Notes: a model not told the origin generated them from the letters alone. A DNA stretch of 64,000 nt from an uncultured cyanobacterium (GCA_963744145.1 CAVUSO010000001.1:288001-352000), one strand, 5' to 3'. Positions 1 through 10,949 are shown, numbered from the stretch's first letter. A program made the numbers and translations.

Positions 1-1498
1 GAGTATAACGATGTTTAACTCCGATCGGAAAGTATTCGGGATCAGCGGTTTTGGCTAAAGAGACTTCGATCTGATGATATTCTGGGGGAACATAATGAGT
101 AAATTCGCTATTTAGTCGTTTTAATTGAGCGAGAATAGACTCGGAAATCCGATTGATTTTTTTCCGATCGCTATCAATTCCTGGTGCTAATTCGACTACT
201 ACCGACAAGACTTTATTTTGGTCGGAATTTTCTTTGACTTGTAAAACAAATTTCCCGGTGACCCAATCTTGAATGAGAGGTTGTTCTAAACCGACAGTAA
301 TATTTTCTGGGTAAATATTAGCACCAAAGTAGGAAACGGTAAAATTAGACCGACCAAAAATATAGAGAAAAGGTAGAGGACGAATACCTCGTAACCCATA
401 TTTTTGTAACTCAGCGATGGGATCGAAACCCCAATTGTCGAGAAATTTTAACATATCCTGGTAAGGAACTAATCCTCCTGTATCAGAAATATTATAGCGA
501 ATTAACGGAATACCATTGTTTCCCGAAAACAGTAAGGAAACTCCATCGATTTCAAAGAAACGACTAAAAGGATCATATTGAACCAGGGTAGGTAAACGCG
601 GTTCTCCAAATAAACTATTAGCTATTTCTGGGTGATCGGAAAGAAAACGACGGATACAAATACTCAAAGGGGTTTCATTACCTAAAATTCCAGCATCAGC
701 AGTTCCATAGAGGGAAGCTGTCTGATAATAAGAATTATTTCCTCCCGTTCGTTCCCCGATCAAATTGCGCCATTCTTCACTAAAAACTTCCCCAGCAAAT
801 ACCATTTTAATTTGATAACGATTCCACTCAATTCCACGGGCAATTCCCTGATCAATTATATCCTTAATAAAAGGAGGATATCCTAATAAGACAACTTGCT
901 CAAATTCCGGACCAAGCTCTTGGATAACTCGGAATATTTCTTCTTTATTATTTCCCGGAGTAACTACGGTAATTTGATAACCTTTACTAGCAAGATAACG
1001 ACAGCAATTAGTTGTATATATTCCTCCCACCCAAGTACCTAAACTAAAACAGATTACAGCTAAAGTTCGACTTATATCAGCACAGAAACTATCCCGAAAT
1101 ATCTGTTCAAACCGAGGAGCAATTTGTAATTCATCAGCGAAAAAACGGGGCCAAAAAGTGGGTTTTCCGGTTGAACCGGAAGAAACAGCAATAAAATCAC
1201 AGGTTTCTAGCTTTCCGGTACGACATAAATGTCCGAGGGGATAGCGGAGCAGATAATTTTCTTTAGTAATTGGTGGTAGTTTTTGAAAATCAGTAAAAGT
1301 TTGGATCTGAGCAGGGCTAATATTTTGTTGAGCTAAAAAATCTTGATAAGCAGGTACAGTAGTAATCACGGAATTAAATAATTCCAATACTGCTGATTCT
1401 GGACTAATTTGGGAATCTTGGTGAAGCAAAGTTTCTAGGGATGAGTTCAGAAAATCTTGAAACGCTGCTAGCGCGATTTGACGTTGGTTTTCCTGCAT
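1..1498 (-). CDS. Phenylacetate-CoA ligase-like adenylate-forming enzyme (3' end runs off window)
   Basis: Manual translation from ATG at 1498: MQENQRQIALAAF..., AMP-binding P-loop SSGSTGKP, YGTADAG, PLIRYNISD; open to position 2. Confidence 0.85.
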   Translation of the reverse strand, partial: MQENQRQIALAAFQDFLNSSLETLLHQDSQISPESAVLELFNSVITTVPAYQDFLAQQNISPAQIQTFTDFQKLPPITKENYLLRYPLGHLCRTGKLETCDFIAVSSGSTGKPTFWPRFFADELQIAPRFEQIFRDSFCADISRTLAVICFSLGTWVGGIYTTNCCRYLASKGYQITVVTPGNNKEEIFRVIQELGPEFEQVVLLGYPPFIKDIIDQGIARGIEWNRYQIKMVFAGEVFSEEWRNLIGERTGGNNSYYQTASLYGTADAGILGNETPLSICIRRFLSDHPEIANSLFGEPRLPTLVQYDPFSRFFEIDGVSLLFSGNNGIPLIRYNISDTGGLVPYQDMLKFLDNWGFDPIAELQKYGLRGIRPLPFLYIFGRSNFTVSYFGANIYPENITVGLEQPLIQDWVTGKFVLQVKENSDQNKVLSVVVELAPGIDSDRKKINRISESILAQLKRLNSEFTHYVPPEYHQIEVSLAKTADPEYFPIGVKHRYT

Positions 1499-1524
1499 AA
1501 AATAGCGGTTTATTCTGGTGATTA

Positions 1525-1724
1525 ATACCAATTTAGGGTGAAGTTGCTTAGATTTAAATCCCCCTAAATCCCCCTTAAAAAGGGGGACTTTTAATTCATG
1601 CTCTCCCTTTTTAATGGGGTTGAGGGGATTGCTCTCCCTTTTTAAGGGGATTGGGGGGATTGCTCCCCCTTTTTAAGGGGGTTGGGGGGATCTAGAACTA
1701 TGCACCCTCATAAAAAATTGGTAT
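1525..1724. mobile_element. MITE-like element with internal ~31-nt tandem GC-rich repeats
   Basis: Terminal inverted repeat ATACCAATTT (1525-1534) / AAATTGGTAT (1715-1724) plus inner AGGGTG/CACCCT; three units of TGCTC(T/C)CC(C)TTTTTAAGGGGxTTGGGGGGAT at ~1599-1691. Confidence 0.7.
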
Positions 1725-1960
1725 AAGGTTTAATTAATTATATTGATGAATAGGGATTTGAATGAAAAATTCTCTACCTTGACCCAGATGGGATTGCTAA
1801 TAGAGGTGGTCATGTTATAATTGTTTGGTATTTTTCCACCCGATCGTGAAGTTTAAATCTAAAGAAATTGGTATTTTGCCCATTTCAACAGAACTAATTT
1901 GGTTAATCCTAGTCGATTGGTGATATCAGAGCTATACATTGAATAAAGGATCTCAAGTTA

Positions 1961-3961
1961 GTGAAACCTATTTACTGTAATCAAGGACACGATAATCCCC
2001 CCGGAACCCGTTTTTGCTGTCAGTGTGGTGAAAAGTTGTCCCCAGCGATCGGTAATCCTATTTCTGTGGGAATGATGTTGGACGATCGGTATATCATTGT
2101 CGGGGAGTTAGGACATGGTGGTTTTGGACGGACTTATCTAGCACAAGATACAAACCGATTTAAGGAGCTGTGTGTTTTAAAAGAATTTGCTCCCCAAGTC
2201 CAAGGGACTTATGCTCTCCAAAAAGCTGAAGAACTTTTTCAACGAGAAGCTGGAGTTCTCTATCATCTCCAACACCCCCAAATTCCCAAATTCCGAGAAT
2301 TGTGTCGTAGTGAAATCAATGGGATCGGACATATTTTTTTGGTACAGGATTATGTTGAAGGTCAAACCTATCGTGGGTTATTGACGGAAAGAATACGTCA
2401 GGGTTTACGCTTAACAGAAGTAGAATGTCATCATTTATTAATAAAAATTTTACCAGTGTTGGAGTATATCCACTCCTTGGGAGTAGTACATCGTGATATT
2501 TCCCCGGATAATTTAATTTTGCGAAAATCAGACGGTCTTCCAGTCTTAATCGATTTTGGTGGTGTGAAGCAAGTAGCAGCCACAATAGCATCTGAATTAC
2601 AAGGAATTCAAGCAACTAGGTTAGGAAAAGTAGGATATGTCCCAGATGAGCAAATGTCTAACGGAATGGTGTATCCTCACAGTGATTTATATGCTTTAGG
2701 TGTCACGGTTTTAGTGTTGTTAACTGGGAAGGAACCTCAAGGTTTGAGAGATCCTTATGATTTAAGTTGGAAATGGAGAGAAGAAGTTAGTTTAAGTCTA
2801 TTATTAGGTGCAGTCTTAGATAAAATGGTGGCATATCAACCAAGCGATCGCTATCAGTCTGCTCGTCAAGCTCTAGAAGCTCTAACCGGATCTTTATCGT
2901 TACCAAAGCAATCTGCTCCGATCATCCCACCGAATCGGACTAAAGCAGCGATCGCAATTCCTAATCAACGTCAATCCCCATCCAATGTTACTACTCCACC
3001 ATCGACTGGAATTTTATCAGGTTGCTCGAAGTTTTTGGTCATATTGTTATTGATGTTAGGTGCTGCTTGGGGAGGTTGGTGGGGAACTAATCAATGGTTA
3101 TATTTTCGTTCTCATTCACAAAAAAAAGCTCCAGATTTAACCAATCAAACCGAAAATACCACCGCACAACCACTACCTGAGTATTCTCCCGAAGAACAGG
3201 AGCGTAAACAAACGATTATCGATCGTAGTCGTGAGATGAAGTTAGATTTTAGTTTTTTTAATCGTTTAGTTAATCAAGTTTTTTACGCTAATAATCCTCA
3301 GTTAGATAAACGGGCTTTAACCAGCGATTCTGCTGATACCCAATTGCGGGAAGACTGGGATCAAATTGCGATCGAAATGCTAGATAAATTAGCTTTTTTG
3401 AGTCCTGAATCTCGTCAGCGTCTGAGTAATTATACTTCAGATGATAGTGAAGATCGACGCAAAAGAGCCTATAAATTACATTTAAGTAGTCCTAGTCTGA
3501 ATCATATAGCTGATGCTAAGTTTTTCTCTTTATTTCCAGAACAAAGAGGACAGAATTTTATTAATCAACCCATTGGACAAGTATGGCACGCGATCGCATC
3601 TGATTGTTTAACTGGGATGGAAAATGGTAAAATGCTACAGGAAATTAAATTTCCCCCTGATCAGACTAGCGTTCAACTTAGTGGTCAACTCGAACCTGGA
3701 GCAGGTAAAGTTTATATTGCTGATTTACAAAAAGGACAATTCGCAAAATTTCAGCTTGATCGAGCAAAGGAAGGAATTAAATTGTCTATTTATCCTCCCA
3801 GTGGTAATAACCCATTATTAGAAGATTCAAACGAGTTAAATTGGTCAGAAGAATTGAGAGAAAGCGGTTATTATGAGTTTACCATAGTTTCTGAAGCAGA
3901 AAATCCTATTGATTATCAGCTTACCCTTAAAGCTAATCAAAGAAAATCAAACCATCGTTAG
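1961..3961 (+). CDS. Membrane-anchored Hanks-type Ser/Thr kinase with N-terminal Cys/His zinc-ribbon-like motif
   Basis: GHGGFG, VLK, HRDISPDN, DFG motifs; hydrophobic helix ~aa 358-375; C-terminal extracytoplasmic region. Confidence 0.9.
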   Translation: MKPIYCNQGHDNPPGTRFCCQCGEKLSPAIGNPISVGMMLDDRYIIVGELGHGGFGRTYLAQDTNRFKELCVLKEFAPQVQGTYALQKAEELFQREAGVLYHLQHPQIPKFRELCRSEINGIGHIFLVQDYVEGQTYRGLLTERIRQGLRLTEVECHHLLIKILPVLEYIHSLGVVHRDISPDNLILRKSDGLPVLIDFGGVKQVAATIASELQGIQATRLGKVGYVPDEQMSNGMVYPHSDLYALGVTVLVLLTGKEPQGLRDPYDLSWKWREEVSLSLLLGAVLDKMVAYQPSDRYQSARQALEALTGSLSLPKQSAPIIPPNRTKAAIAIPNQRQSPSNVTTPPSTGILSGCSKFLVILLLMLGAAWGGWWGTNQWLYFRSHSQKKAPDLTNQTENTTAQPLPEYSPEEQERKQTIIDRSREMKLDFSFFNRLVNQVFYANNPQLDKRALTSDSADTQLREDWDQIAIEMLDKLAFLSPESRQRLSNYTSDDSEDRRKRAYKLHLSSPSLNHIADAKFFSLFPEQRGQNFINQPIGQVWHAIASDCLTGMENGKMLQEIKFPPDQTSVQLSGQLEPGAGKVYIADLQKGQFAKFQLDRAKEGIKLSIYPPSGNNPLLEDSNELNWSEELRESGYYEFTIVSEAENPIDYQLTLKANQRKSNHR

Positions 3962-4046
3962 AATTAAATCATGTCTGAGGTATGATGATTAGATATTGAA
4001 ATATTTTCATAAACACAGCTAAGGGAGTGTAACAAGATATAAAACC

Positions 4047-4492
4047 CAATCCGGTTCAGTTAACTGTAGGGGCAAAGCATTTCGGCGCATAAATGATGGT
4101 TTAAACGTTTACCCTGAGTTTACCCTGAGCGGAGTCGAAGCTTGCCCTGAGCGTAGTCGAAGGGGGCGTAGTCGAAGGGAAGCATAATATTACCGAAATG
4201 CTTTGCCCTCACCATCTATGCAGCCAACAGATCAACTATATATTAAACATTTCGGCGCATAAATGATGGTTTAAACGTTTACCCTGAGCGTAGTCGAAGG
4301 GAAGCATAATATTACCGAAATGCTTTGCCCTCACCATCTATGCAGCCAACAGATCAACTATATATTAAAATAGGATTTTTGGGGAGATCTCGGCGCAAAA
4401 GAAGGGTGAAGCATTCGGATCTAATATTATTCGTTTGAGTTTATAAATTATCGCCCGAATGCTTCACCCCTACACTTAACCGAACCATATTG
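4047..4492. mobile_element. Composite MITE/REP-like repeat element, copy 1
   Basis: Ends CAATCCGGTTCAGTTAA / TTAACCGAACCATATTG; internal GGGC(A/G)AAGCATT...AATGCTT hairpins; internal tandem duplication; inverted relative at 39259-39797. Confidence 0.8.
4108..4179 (+). repeat. Three nested copies of a 24-nt small dispersed repeat
   Basis: 72 nt parse exactly as 3 x 24-nt units N4-CCC-TGAGCGNAGTCGAA-GGG inserted into one another; single unit at 4278-4301. Confidence 0.85.
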
Positions 4493-4593
4493 ACACTGAA
4501 CCCTATTGCAGAAAAAATTATAGGGTTCAATGGTTATTACCCCCCCAACGATCTGGAGTAAAAAAGCAAATTGCCAAAAAATTGTTTGAAAAA

Positions 4594-5235
4594 CTATTGA
4601 GTTGGTTTTGATTTGGAGGAAAAAATAGGAAAACGATTATTAGCCATTGAATAAGCTAAATCACGTAAACGCTGACGCTCCCGATCGACTAGAGTAACTG
4701 TATAGATCATTCCTGCTTGTTCCCACATAATTGAAGAAAATGGAATCGAGGGATTTTCCTTAGATCCTTCCCAAATAAAGGCTTCAATGTTATGATCAAG
4801 ATCAACTATTTTCCCATTATTTTTATGTTTGATTAACTCTTGTTGAGCATTGAGAGAATCTTTACTATCTACCGCAAAACTAGCTAGTAAACAGGGATGA
4901 GGGCTAACTTTACAAGTAGATAAACCTACAGTTAAATTCGGTGGTGTTTTAGAAGAAAAAACTCTCACAAATAATTGTCCATTTTGCGCTTCCGGTGTAT
5001 TTGGGAAAATTAACACTGATGGTAAACGCATGACCCAACCTGGTGGTAAGCTATTTTCAATTTCCTTTAAAGATGGTGTAAAAACATTGAGCGGATTAGC
5101 ATTAACTTTCCCTTTGGTCGTGATCCCTAATCCCAAAGCTAAGATGATTAAAATTAGCAATAAATTACTCTTAAATCTTGATTCCATCTTGACTAATTCC
5201 CATTTATGCTGAAATTTGGACTTGGGTTCTCCCAC
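4594..5235 (-). CDS. Exported hypothetical protein (start probably the ATG of MESRF...)
   Basis: 213-aa ORF with hydrophobic signal-like N-terminus. Confidence 0.7.
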   Translation of the reverse strand: MGEPKSKFQHKWELVKMESRFKSNLLLILIILALGLGITTKGKVNANPLNVFTPSLKEIENSLPPGWVMRLPSVLIFPNTPEAQNGQLFVRVFSSKTPPNLTVGLSTCKVSPHPCLLASFAVDSKDSLNAQQELIKHKNNGKIVDLDHNIEAFIWEGSKENPSIPFSSIMWEQAGMIYTVTLVDRERQRLRDLAYSMANNRFPIFSSKSKPTQ

Positions 5236-5533
5236 TAGACCAATGGTTTAATATATATTCTCTCTAATTTTTCAGCGATTAAATAATCACCTCATTTTTA
5301 GCTAGGGAAATATTTTTTGATTAGTTCTATTATAAACCTTAGTTAATTAATTTTCAACTATATATAAGTTAAAAAACAACCAATCGATCGCACTGACTAA
5401 AATTTTTATTCTCCTCATATTTGTGATAAAAGCTGTCGGGGTTTGGTAAAAATAGAAAATTTTCCTTGACTTAGTTAAAATAGGCAAACTATAGGATAAG
5501 ATAGAGAAAAGCCCTAAAAACTCCATCCTAGTC

Positions 5534-6682
5534 ATGTTAGCCCATCTAATGTCCTCTCACAGATTGCGGAAATCACAACTAAGTGATTTTTTAGGATTAC
5601 CAGAAAAATGCAAAGAAACTAAAGAAATCCTCATCACCCAAATTCTTGCATTAATTGCATCAGATCCATTAGAAGAAGAAAGATTTTGGGAAACTTTCAA
5701 AACTGAATTAGCAGTCGAACCAACCGAATTAGAAGAAATTTTAAGCTGTACTCCGACCGAACGCAAACGTTGGATTAAAGAAGGAAAAATTCCCATTCTT
5801 GAATATCGTCATTTTCGCAAAGCTGGACGGAATTTGCAATATCCTGTACACGATCGCATACTCATCCTCAAAATAGCACAAACAGAGATTGAATTATGGC
5901 GATCGCAACATCAAGCGCACCTCAAAAATCAACGACAAGCTGGAGCAAAAATTGCCGCTGAAACTAGAAAATATAATCAACAATCTCGTCAAGCTTTTAG
6001 TTTAGCTTGGGAACAAATTAAACAAGAATGGAGAGAAAATAGCTCCCAGGAAATCTCCCTGATTCTCCAACTAGCTTATTGGACAGTTTGGGTATCGCGT
6101 TGGGCTAAAGAAAATGAACTTAAAAGTCGCAATGCGATCGCTTATTTTGATTTTTATCAAGAACGTAAAAACGAATTATACGCAGCTAAAAATCAAGCCA
6201 TTAAAATCTTAGCACAAACTCCCTACAAGAAACTCTCTTTCTATCGTCCCGAACATCCAGATAAAGATTATCTTCATCTTTGTGAAGATCACTATGAAAT
6301 CATGCAACAAATAGAATGTAAGAATAAATGGGAATATTTTTATTACAGTGAAACAGAAATTAAACGATGTCCGAAATGTATTTATCATGTGCAAAAAAAT
6401 TATTATTCCCTCTATTATTTAGAAATCCAAACTAACGAATTCCCAGAGTTTAAGTTTTCCTTTCATACCCCTTATCCAATTGGTAAAGTTTTTTTACCAA
6501 AGCTAGAAGATTTACCAGAAATAGCCCAGGTAGAAGAAGATGGATTATTTCGATTTGGAAGACCTTTATTAGAACAAGAAAAAATCATTCACCGAGAAAA
6601 AGATGTGCTGAAAAATTTTCAGCAAGCTTTGGAAGCAGCACAAACAATCATGGTGAATAATCAGCGCGATCGGCAAGATTAA
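5534..6682 (+). CDS. Hypothetical protein with C-terminal Cys/His cluster
   Basis: 382-aa ORF; CxxH...CxxC...FHxP; no family recognised. Confidence 0.75.
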   Translation: MLAHLMSSHRLRKSQLSDFLGLPEKCKETKEILITQILALIASDPLEEERFWETFKTELAVEPTELEEILSCTPTERKRWIKEGKIPILEYRHFRKAGRNLQYPVHDRILILKIAQTEIELWRSQHQAHLKNQRQAGAKIAAETRKYNQQSRQAFSLAWEQIKQEWRENSSQEISLILQLAYWTVWVSRWAKENELKSRNAIAYFDFYQERKNELYAAKNQAIKILAQTPYKKLSFYRPEHPDKDYLHLCEDHYEIMQQIECKNKWEYFYYSETEIKRCPKCIYHVQKNYYSLYYLEIQTNEFPEFKFSFHTPYPIGKVFLPKLEDLPEIAQVEEDGLFRFGRPLLEQEKIIHREKDVLKNFQQALEAAQTIMVNNQRDRQD

Positions 6683-6718
6683 TTATTGATAAATCATTTC
6701 TGGACAATCAATCGAAAC

Positions 6719-8524
6719 ATGGGGAAATATTGGTCTCAATCAGCTAAGATTTTTCAGTATAGCCAAAGAGCTGTAAATTTAGTATGGACTACTAGTCATA
6801 GTCTCACCATAGCGATCGCAATTTTGACAATTATCGCTGGATTATTACCAGGATTGATCGCTTATCTCGGTAAATTAATCGTAGATACAGTAATTTTAGC
6901 AGCTCATTCTAGTTTACCCCAGCATCTTCACTGGGCAATAGGTTATGTGGGGATCGAAGCGATCGCTGTCATATTATTAGCAGGAACCCAAAGAGGTTTA
7001 ATTGTTTCTCAATCCTTATTAAGAGTATTATTAGGACAAAAAGTTAATGTCTTAATTTTAGAAAAAGCCTTAGAACTTGAACTCGTTCACTTTGAAGATC
7101 CGGAAATATATGATAAAATGAATCGGGCTAGACAAGAAGCTTCGACTCGTCCATTAGGACTAATTAGCAAAACTTTTAATATTGTCCAAAATACCCTAAC
7201 CTTAATCACTTATAGTGGATTATTATTAAAATTTTCAGTCTGGGCAGTAATTATCTTAGCACTCACTGCTCTCCCAGCTTTTATTGCCGAAACTAGGTTT
7301 GCTGGAACCGCTTTTCGCTTATTTCAATGGCGATCGCCCGAAACTCGTGAACAACACTATTTAGAAACTTTACTTGCTCGAGAAGATTACGCTAAGGAAG
7401 TAAAATTATATCAATTAGGACAGGTATTATTAGAACGTTACTGCCAGATTTTCGATCGCTTTTATCACCGGGATCAAACCTTAACCATCCACCGGGGAAT
7501 TTGGTCTTATCTCCTGGGATTAATTAGTACAGCTACATTTTATCTTGCTTATGCTTGGATCGTAAAAGAAGCAATTAGCAATCAAATTTCTCTCGGGGAT
7601 ATGACGATGTATTTAATGGTATTTCGTCAAGGACAAAGTACCTTTGCGAATATTTTAAGTTCCATCGGGGGAATGTATGAAGATTATTTATATTTATCCA
7701 TCCTCTATGAATTTCTGGAACAGCAAATACCACTTGCTATTGGTAATGCTCAACAAGGAACAATCCCGGGAGATGGAATAAGGTTTGAAAATGTTTATTT
7801 TACCTATCCAGGAAGTCACGAACCTGCTTTAAAAGGAATATCCTTCCATTTAAAACCAGGTACTAAACTCGCGATCGTGGGCGAAAATGGCTCCGGAAAA
7901 ACTACCTTAATTAAACTATTAACCCGTTTATATAGACCTGACTCGGGCAGAATTTTATTAGACGGATTAGATTTGCAAGTATGGGATCTAGAAATATTAC
8001 ATCGTCGATTTGCGGTAATTTTTCAAGATTTTGTGCATTACCAGTTTATCGTTGGAGAAAATGTGGGAGTCGGAGACATTGAACACTTAAGTGATTCTGG
8101 TCGATGGGCGATCGCATCAGCTAAGGGAATGGCAAAACCTTTTATTGAATCTTTACCACAAGGGTATTATAGTCAATTAGGACGTTGGTTTAAAAGCGGA
8201 ATCGAACTTTCTGGGGGACAATGGCAAAAAATTGCTTTATCGAGAGCCTTTATGCGCGAAAAAGCTGATATACTTATACTAGATGAACCAACCGCAGCAA
8301 TGGACGCAGAAGCTGAAGTCCAGATTTTTCATCATTTATCCCAACTCACTCCTACCCAGATGGTGATCCTAATTTCCCATCGGTTTTCTACAGTCCGGAT
8401 GGCTAACCAAATTCTGGTAATTCAATCAGGGGTAGTATTAGAACAAGGAACCCATGCTGAATTACTCAATCAAAATGGACGCTATGCTACCTTATTTCGA
8501 CTCCAAGCTCAAGGATACCAGTAA
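6719..8524 (+). CDS. ABC transporter, fused permease/ATPase (exporter type)
   Basis: TM helices, Walker A GENGSGKT, LSGGQ signature, Walker B LILDE; ATG start at 6719 preferred. Confidence 0.9.
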   Translation: MGKYWSQSAKIFQYSQRAVNLVWTTSHSLTIAIAILTIIAGLLPGLIAYLGKLIVDTVILAAHSSLPQHLHWAIGYVGIEAIAVILLAGTQRGLIVSQSLLRVLLGQKVNVLILEKALELELVHFEDPEIYDKMNRARQEASTRPLGLISKTFNIVQNTLTLITYSGLLLKFSVWAVIILALTALPAFIAETRFAGTAFRLFQWRSPETREQHYLETLLAREDYAKEVKLYQLGQVLLERYCQIFDRFYHRDQTLTIHRGIWSYLLGLISTATFYLAYAWIVKEAISNQISLGDMTMYLMVFRQGQSTFANILSSIGGMYEDYLYLSILYEFLEQQIPLAIGNAQQGTIPGDGIRFENVYFTYPGSHEPALKGISFHLKPGTKLAIVGENGSGKTTLIKLLTRLYRPDSGRILLDGLDLQVWDLEILHRRFAVIFQDFVHYQFIVGENVGVGDIEHLSDSGRWAIASAKGMAKPFIESLPQGYYSQLGRWFKSGIELSGGQWQKIALSRAFMREKADILILDEPTAAMDAEAEVQIFHHLSQLTPTQMVILISHRFSTVRMANQILVIQSGVVLEQGTHAELLNQNGRYATLFRLQAQGYQ

Positions 8525-8556
8525 TTAAACAGTTAAGGAATTTACTAGCTAAATTT

Positions 8557-9006
8557 ATGGATTGTATAGATTATTTTTACCGATTAATTGCACGTCGAGA
8601 ATACAGTGTCGCCGAACTAATTAATAAGGGCAAAGAAAAAGACTTTGCTGAAAGTGAAATTCATGAAGCGATCGCCGAACTTCAAGCGAAGGGATATCAA
8701 TCGGATCATCGGTTAGTAGAAAATCGGATTTTATCAGGAACTGGCAAATATGGCAAATCTTTATTAAAGCGCAAATGTTTAGAAAAAGGAATTCCGGGAT
8801 ATGTATTTGAGGAAGTATGGAGCGCACATCAAGAAAATGGTGAGCCGATCGAGTTAGATCATTTAAAAGATAAAGTTATGCGTAAGTACCATCTAGAAAG
8901 TTTTGCGAATATTGACCAAAAAACTAAAGCTAAAGTAATTAATTATTTACAATACAGAGGGTTTAATGCTTTTCAACTTTTAAAAGATTGGCAAATAGAA
9001 GAATAA
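8557..9006 (+). CDS. recX: RecX family regulatory protein
   Basis: N-terminal LIARREYSxxEL, GYQSD, C-terminal YLQYRGF pattern typical of RecX. Confidence 0.75.
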   Translation: MDCIDYFYRLIARREYSVAELINKGKEKDFAESEIHEAIAELQAKGYQSDHRLVENRILSGTGKYGKSLLKRKCLEKGIPGYVFEEVWSAHQENGEPIELDHLKDKVMRKYHLESFANIDQKTKAKVINYLQYRGFNAFQLLKDWQIEE

Positions 9007-9301
9007 CTGTTTCAGGTTAATTTGATTAATCTGTACTTGGGCTGGGAGATAGATATTAGATCAAAAGGGGATTGATGGGAAAAATAGATAAGCTTGTCTT
9101 ATTCATTGGCCGAATCTGGACTTAAAAAGACCCAAAATTAGCAAAAACCTGATAAAATAATAGTGTACATTAGGTGTAGGCGTTTTAACGATTTTAGCCA
9201 CTTGAGGGGCAATTAGACGATCGCCGAATCCAACATGGAAGAATTTTTTCCCTCTAAAATTGATTCAGTACCGGAAATTGCGACTCCATCATGGTCTACT
9301 T

Positions 9302-10114
9302 ATGATCAAAAAAAACTATTGGTTAATTACGGGAGGAGTTGCGGTTTCGATCATTACAGGTATTGCTTTAGCAAGTATATTACCTGCTCATCTCAGCAAT
9401 ATCTGGTCTAAACCGACGGGTTCTCTCCAGAATCAGCTCTTATCAAGTCCAACTAATCAACCATCACAGGGAAAAATCGCTGAAAAATCAAATCTAGATG
9501 ACTCTTCCCATCACCATCGGTTAGACTTACAAGATCGAATTAGACCTGGGAGTAATTTTGATCGGTTTCGCAAACGCTTACGACAAGCAGTGCGATCGCG
9601 AGATGCTAATTTAATCCGATCCATTGCTAGTCCTCAGATTCGATTAAGCTTTAACTCTTCCCGGACTCTGGATGATCTGGATCTAAATAATCCCCGAGCC
9701 CCAATTTGGTTAGCTATGGAAAAAGCTTTTGCTGGTGGTTGTAACAAACAGACCCATAATGGGAAAAAACCAACTTGGATTTGTCCACAGGTTGGGGCAA
9801 TTTGGCCCCAACAACTTGATCCCCAGCATTATGTGGCAATTATTGGTGAAAATGTTAACGTGCGCGATCGCCCTAATCACAATAGTCAAATCATCGGTAT
9901 ACTATCTAATGAAGCCGTGGAATTAGATCAAACTGCACTGAAGAAAACCCCAGTAAATTTTAATAACTTAAATGATTGGACTCCAATTATTTTACCAAAT
10001 AAACAACATGGTTATATCGCGAATAATTATGTTTATTCAGCTTATGGCTATCACGGTTTTTTTGAAAAAATTGGCGGTAAATGGAAAATGACTACCTTTC
10101 AATCTGGCAAATAA
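9302..10114 (+). CDS. Exported protein with bacterial SH3-like domain
   Basis: N-terminal TM helix; NVNVRDRPN...IIG...W...GYI motif; ATG at 9302 preferred. Confidence 0.7.
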   Translation: MIKKNYWLITGGVAVSIITGIALASILPAHLSNIWSKPTGSLQNQLLSSPTNQPSQGKIAEKSNLDDSSHHHRLDLQDRIRPGSNFDRFRKRLRQAVRSRDANLIRSIASPQIRLSFNSSRTLDDLDLNNPRAPIWLAMEKAFAGGCNKQTHNGKKPTWICPQVGAIWPQQLDPQHYVAIIGENVNVRDRPNHNSQIIGILSNEAVELDQTALKKTPVNFNNLNDWTPIILPNKQHGYIANNYVYSAYGYHGFFEKIGGKWKMTTFQSGK

Positions 10115-10220
10115 GTCTGCTGAGTCAGGTTACTGTTAAGATTTTTAACCCATGTCGCCAAAAATTGAAAAATAATTTAGTAATTAGGTATAATTGATCT
10201 ATTTACCGACCAGCGACCAA

Positions 10221-10949
10221 ATGTCTAAACCAAATAAACAAACATCCCCATCACAGCCACATACACACCAACTAGATCAAGTACATGAAACTAGAGAAGC
10301 GCAAGTAGCATATCGTTTTAATAAACAGTATCGAGGAGAAGCGTTTAAACTACCAGAAGAAATAGAAGCAATGCCAATTTTTAGTGAGTGGGTTTCCGGT
10401 AAACTTAATGCTAAAATTGTATCACCTTTTTGGGAAATAGCTCAACCGCAAAAGCATCAGCGTTGTTTAGATATTGGTTGTGGAGTAAGTTTTTTAATAT
10501 ATCCTTGGCGCGATTGGGAAGCATATTTTTATGGTCAAGAGATTAGTAATGTAGCTAAAGAAGCACTCACTGCTCGAGGACCACAGCTCAATTCCAAATT
10601 ATTTAAAGGAGTACAACTCGGAGCAGCTCACGAATTAAATTATGAAAGTAATTTTTTTGATTTAGCGATCGCGACCGGTTTTAGCTGCTACTTTCCGCTC
10701 AGTTACTGGGAATTAGTAATGACATCAGTCAAAAAAGTTCTTAAACCTAACGGTCGCTTGATCTTTGATATTCTGAATCCAGAAAAACCTTTAGCTGAAG
10801 ATTGGGCAGTATTAGAAACTTATCTAGGTGCGGAAGTATTTTTAGAAGCGATCGAGGATTGGGAAAAACTAATCGAAAGGAAGGGTGGCAAAATAGTTAA
10901 CCAAACATCTGGAGAATTATTTCAATTATATGAAATTCATTTTACTTAA
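10221..10949 (+). CDS. Class I SAM-dependent methyltransferase
   Basis: CLDIGCG motif I; KKVLKPNGRL. Confidence 0.85.
   Translation: MSKPNKQTSPSQPHTHQLDQVHETREAQVAYRFNKQYRGEAFKLPEEIEAMPIFSEWVSGKLNAKIVSPFWEIAQPQKHQRCLDIGCGVSFLIYPWRDWEAYFYGQEISNVAKEALTARGPQLNSKLFKGVQLGAAHELNYESNFFDLAIATGFSCYFPLSYWELVMTSVKKVLKPNGRLIFDILNPEKPLAEDWAVLETYLGAEVFLEAIEDWEKLIERKGGKIVNQTSGELFQLYEIHFT

Noticed and set aside
4078..4369. Direct repeats as a CRISPR array (also 39396-39806)
   Set aside because: Units are 120-205 bp tandem duplications without unique spacers; no cas genes in the window
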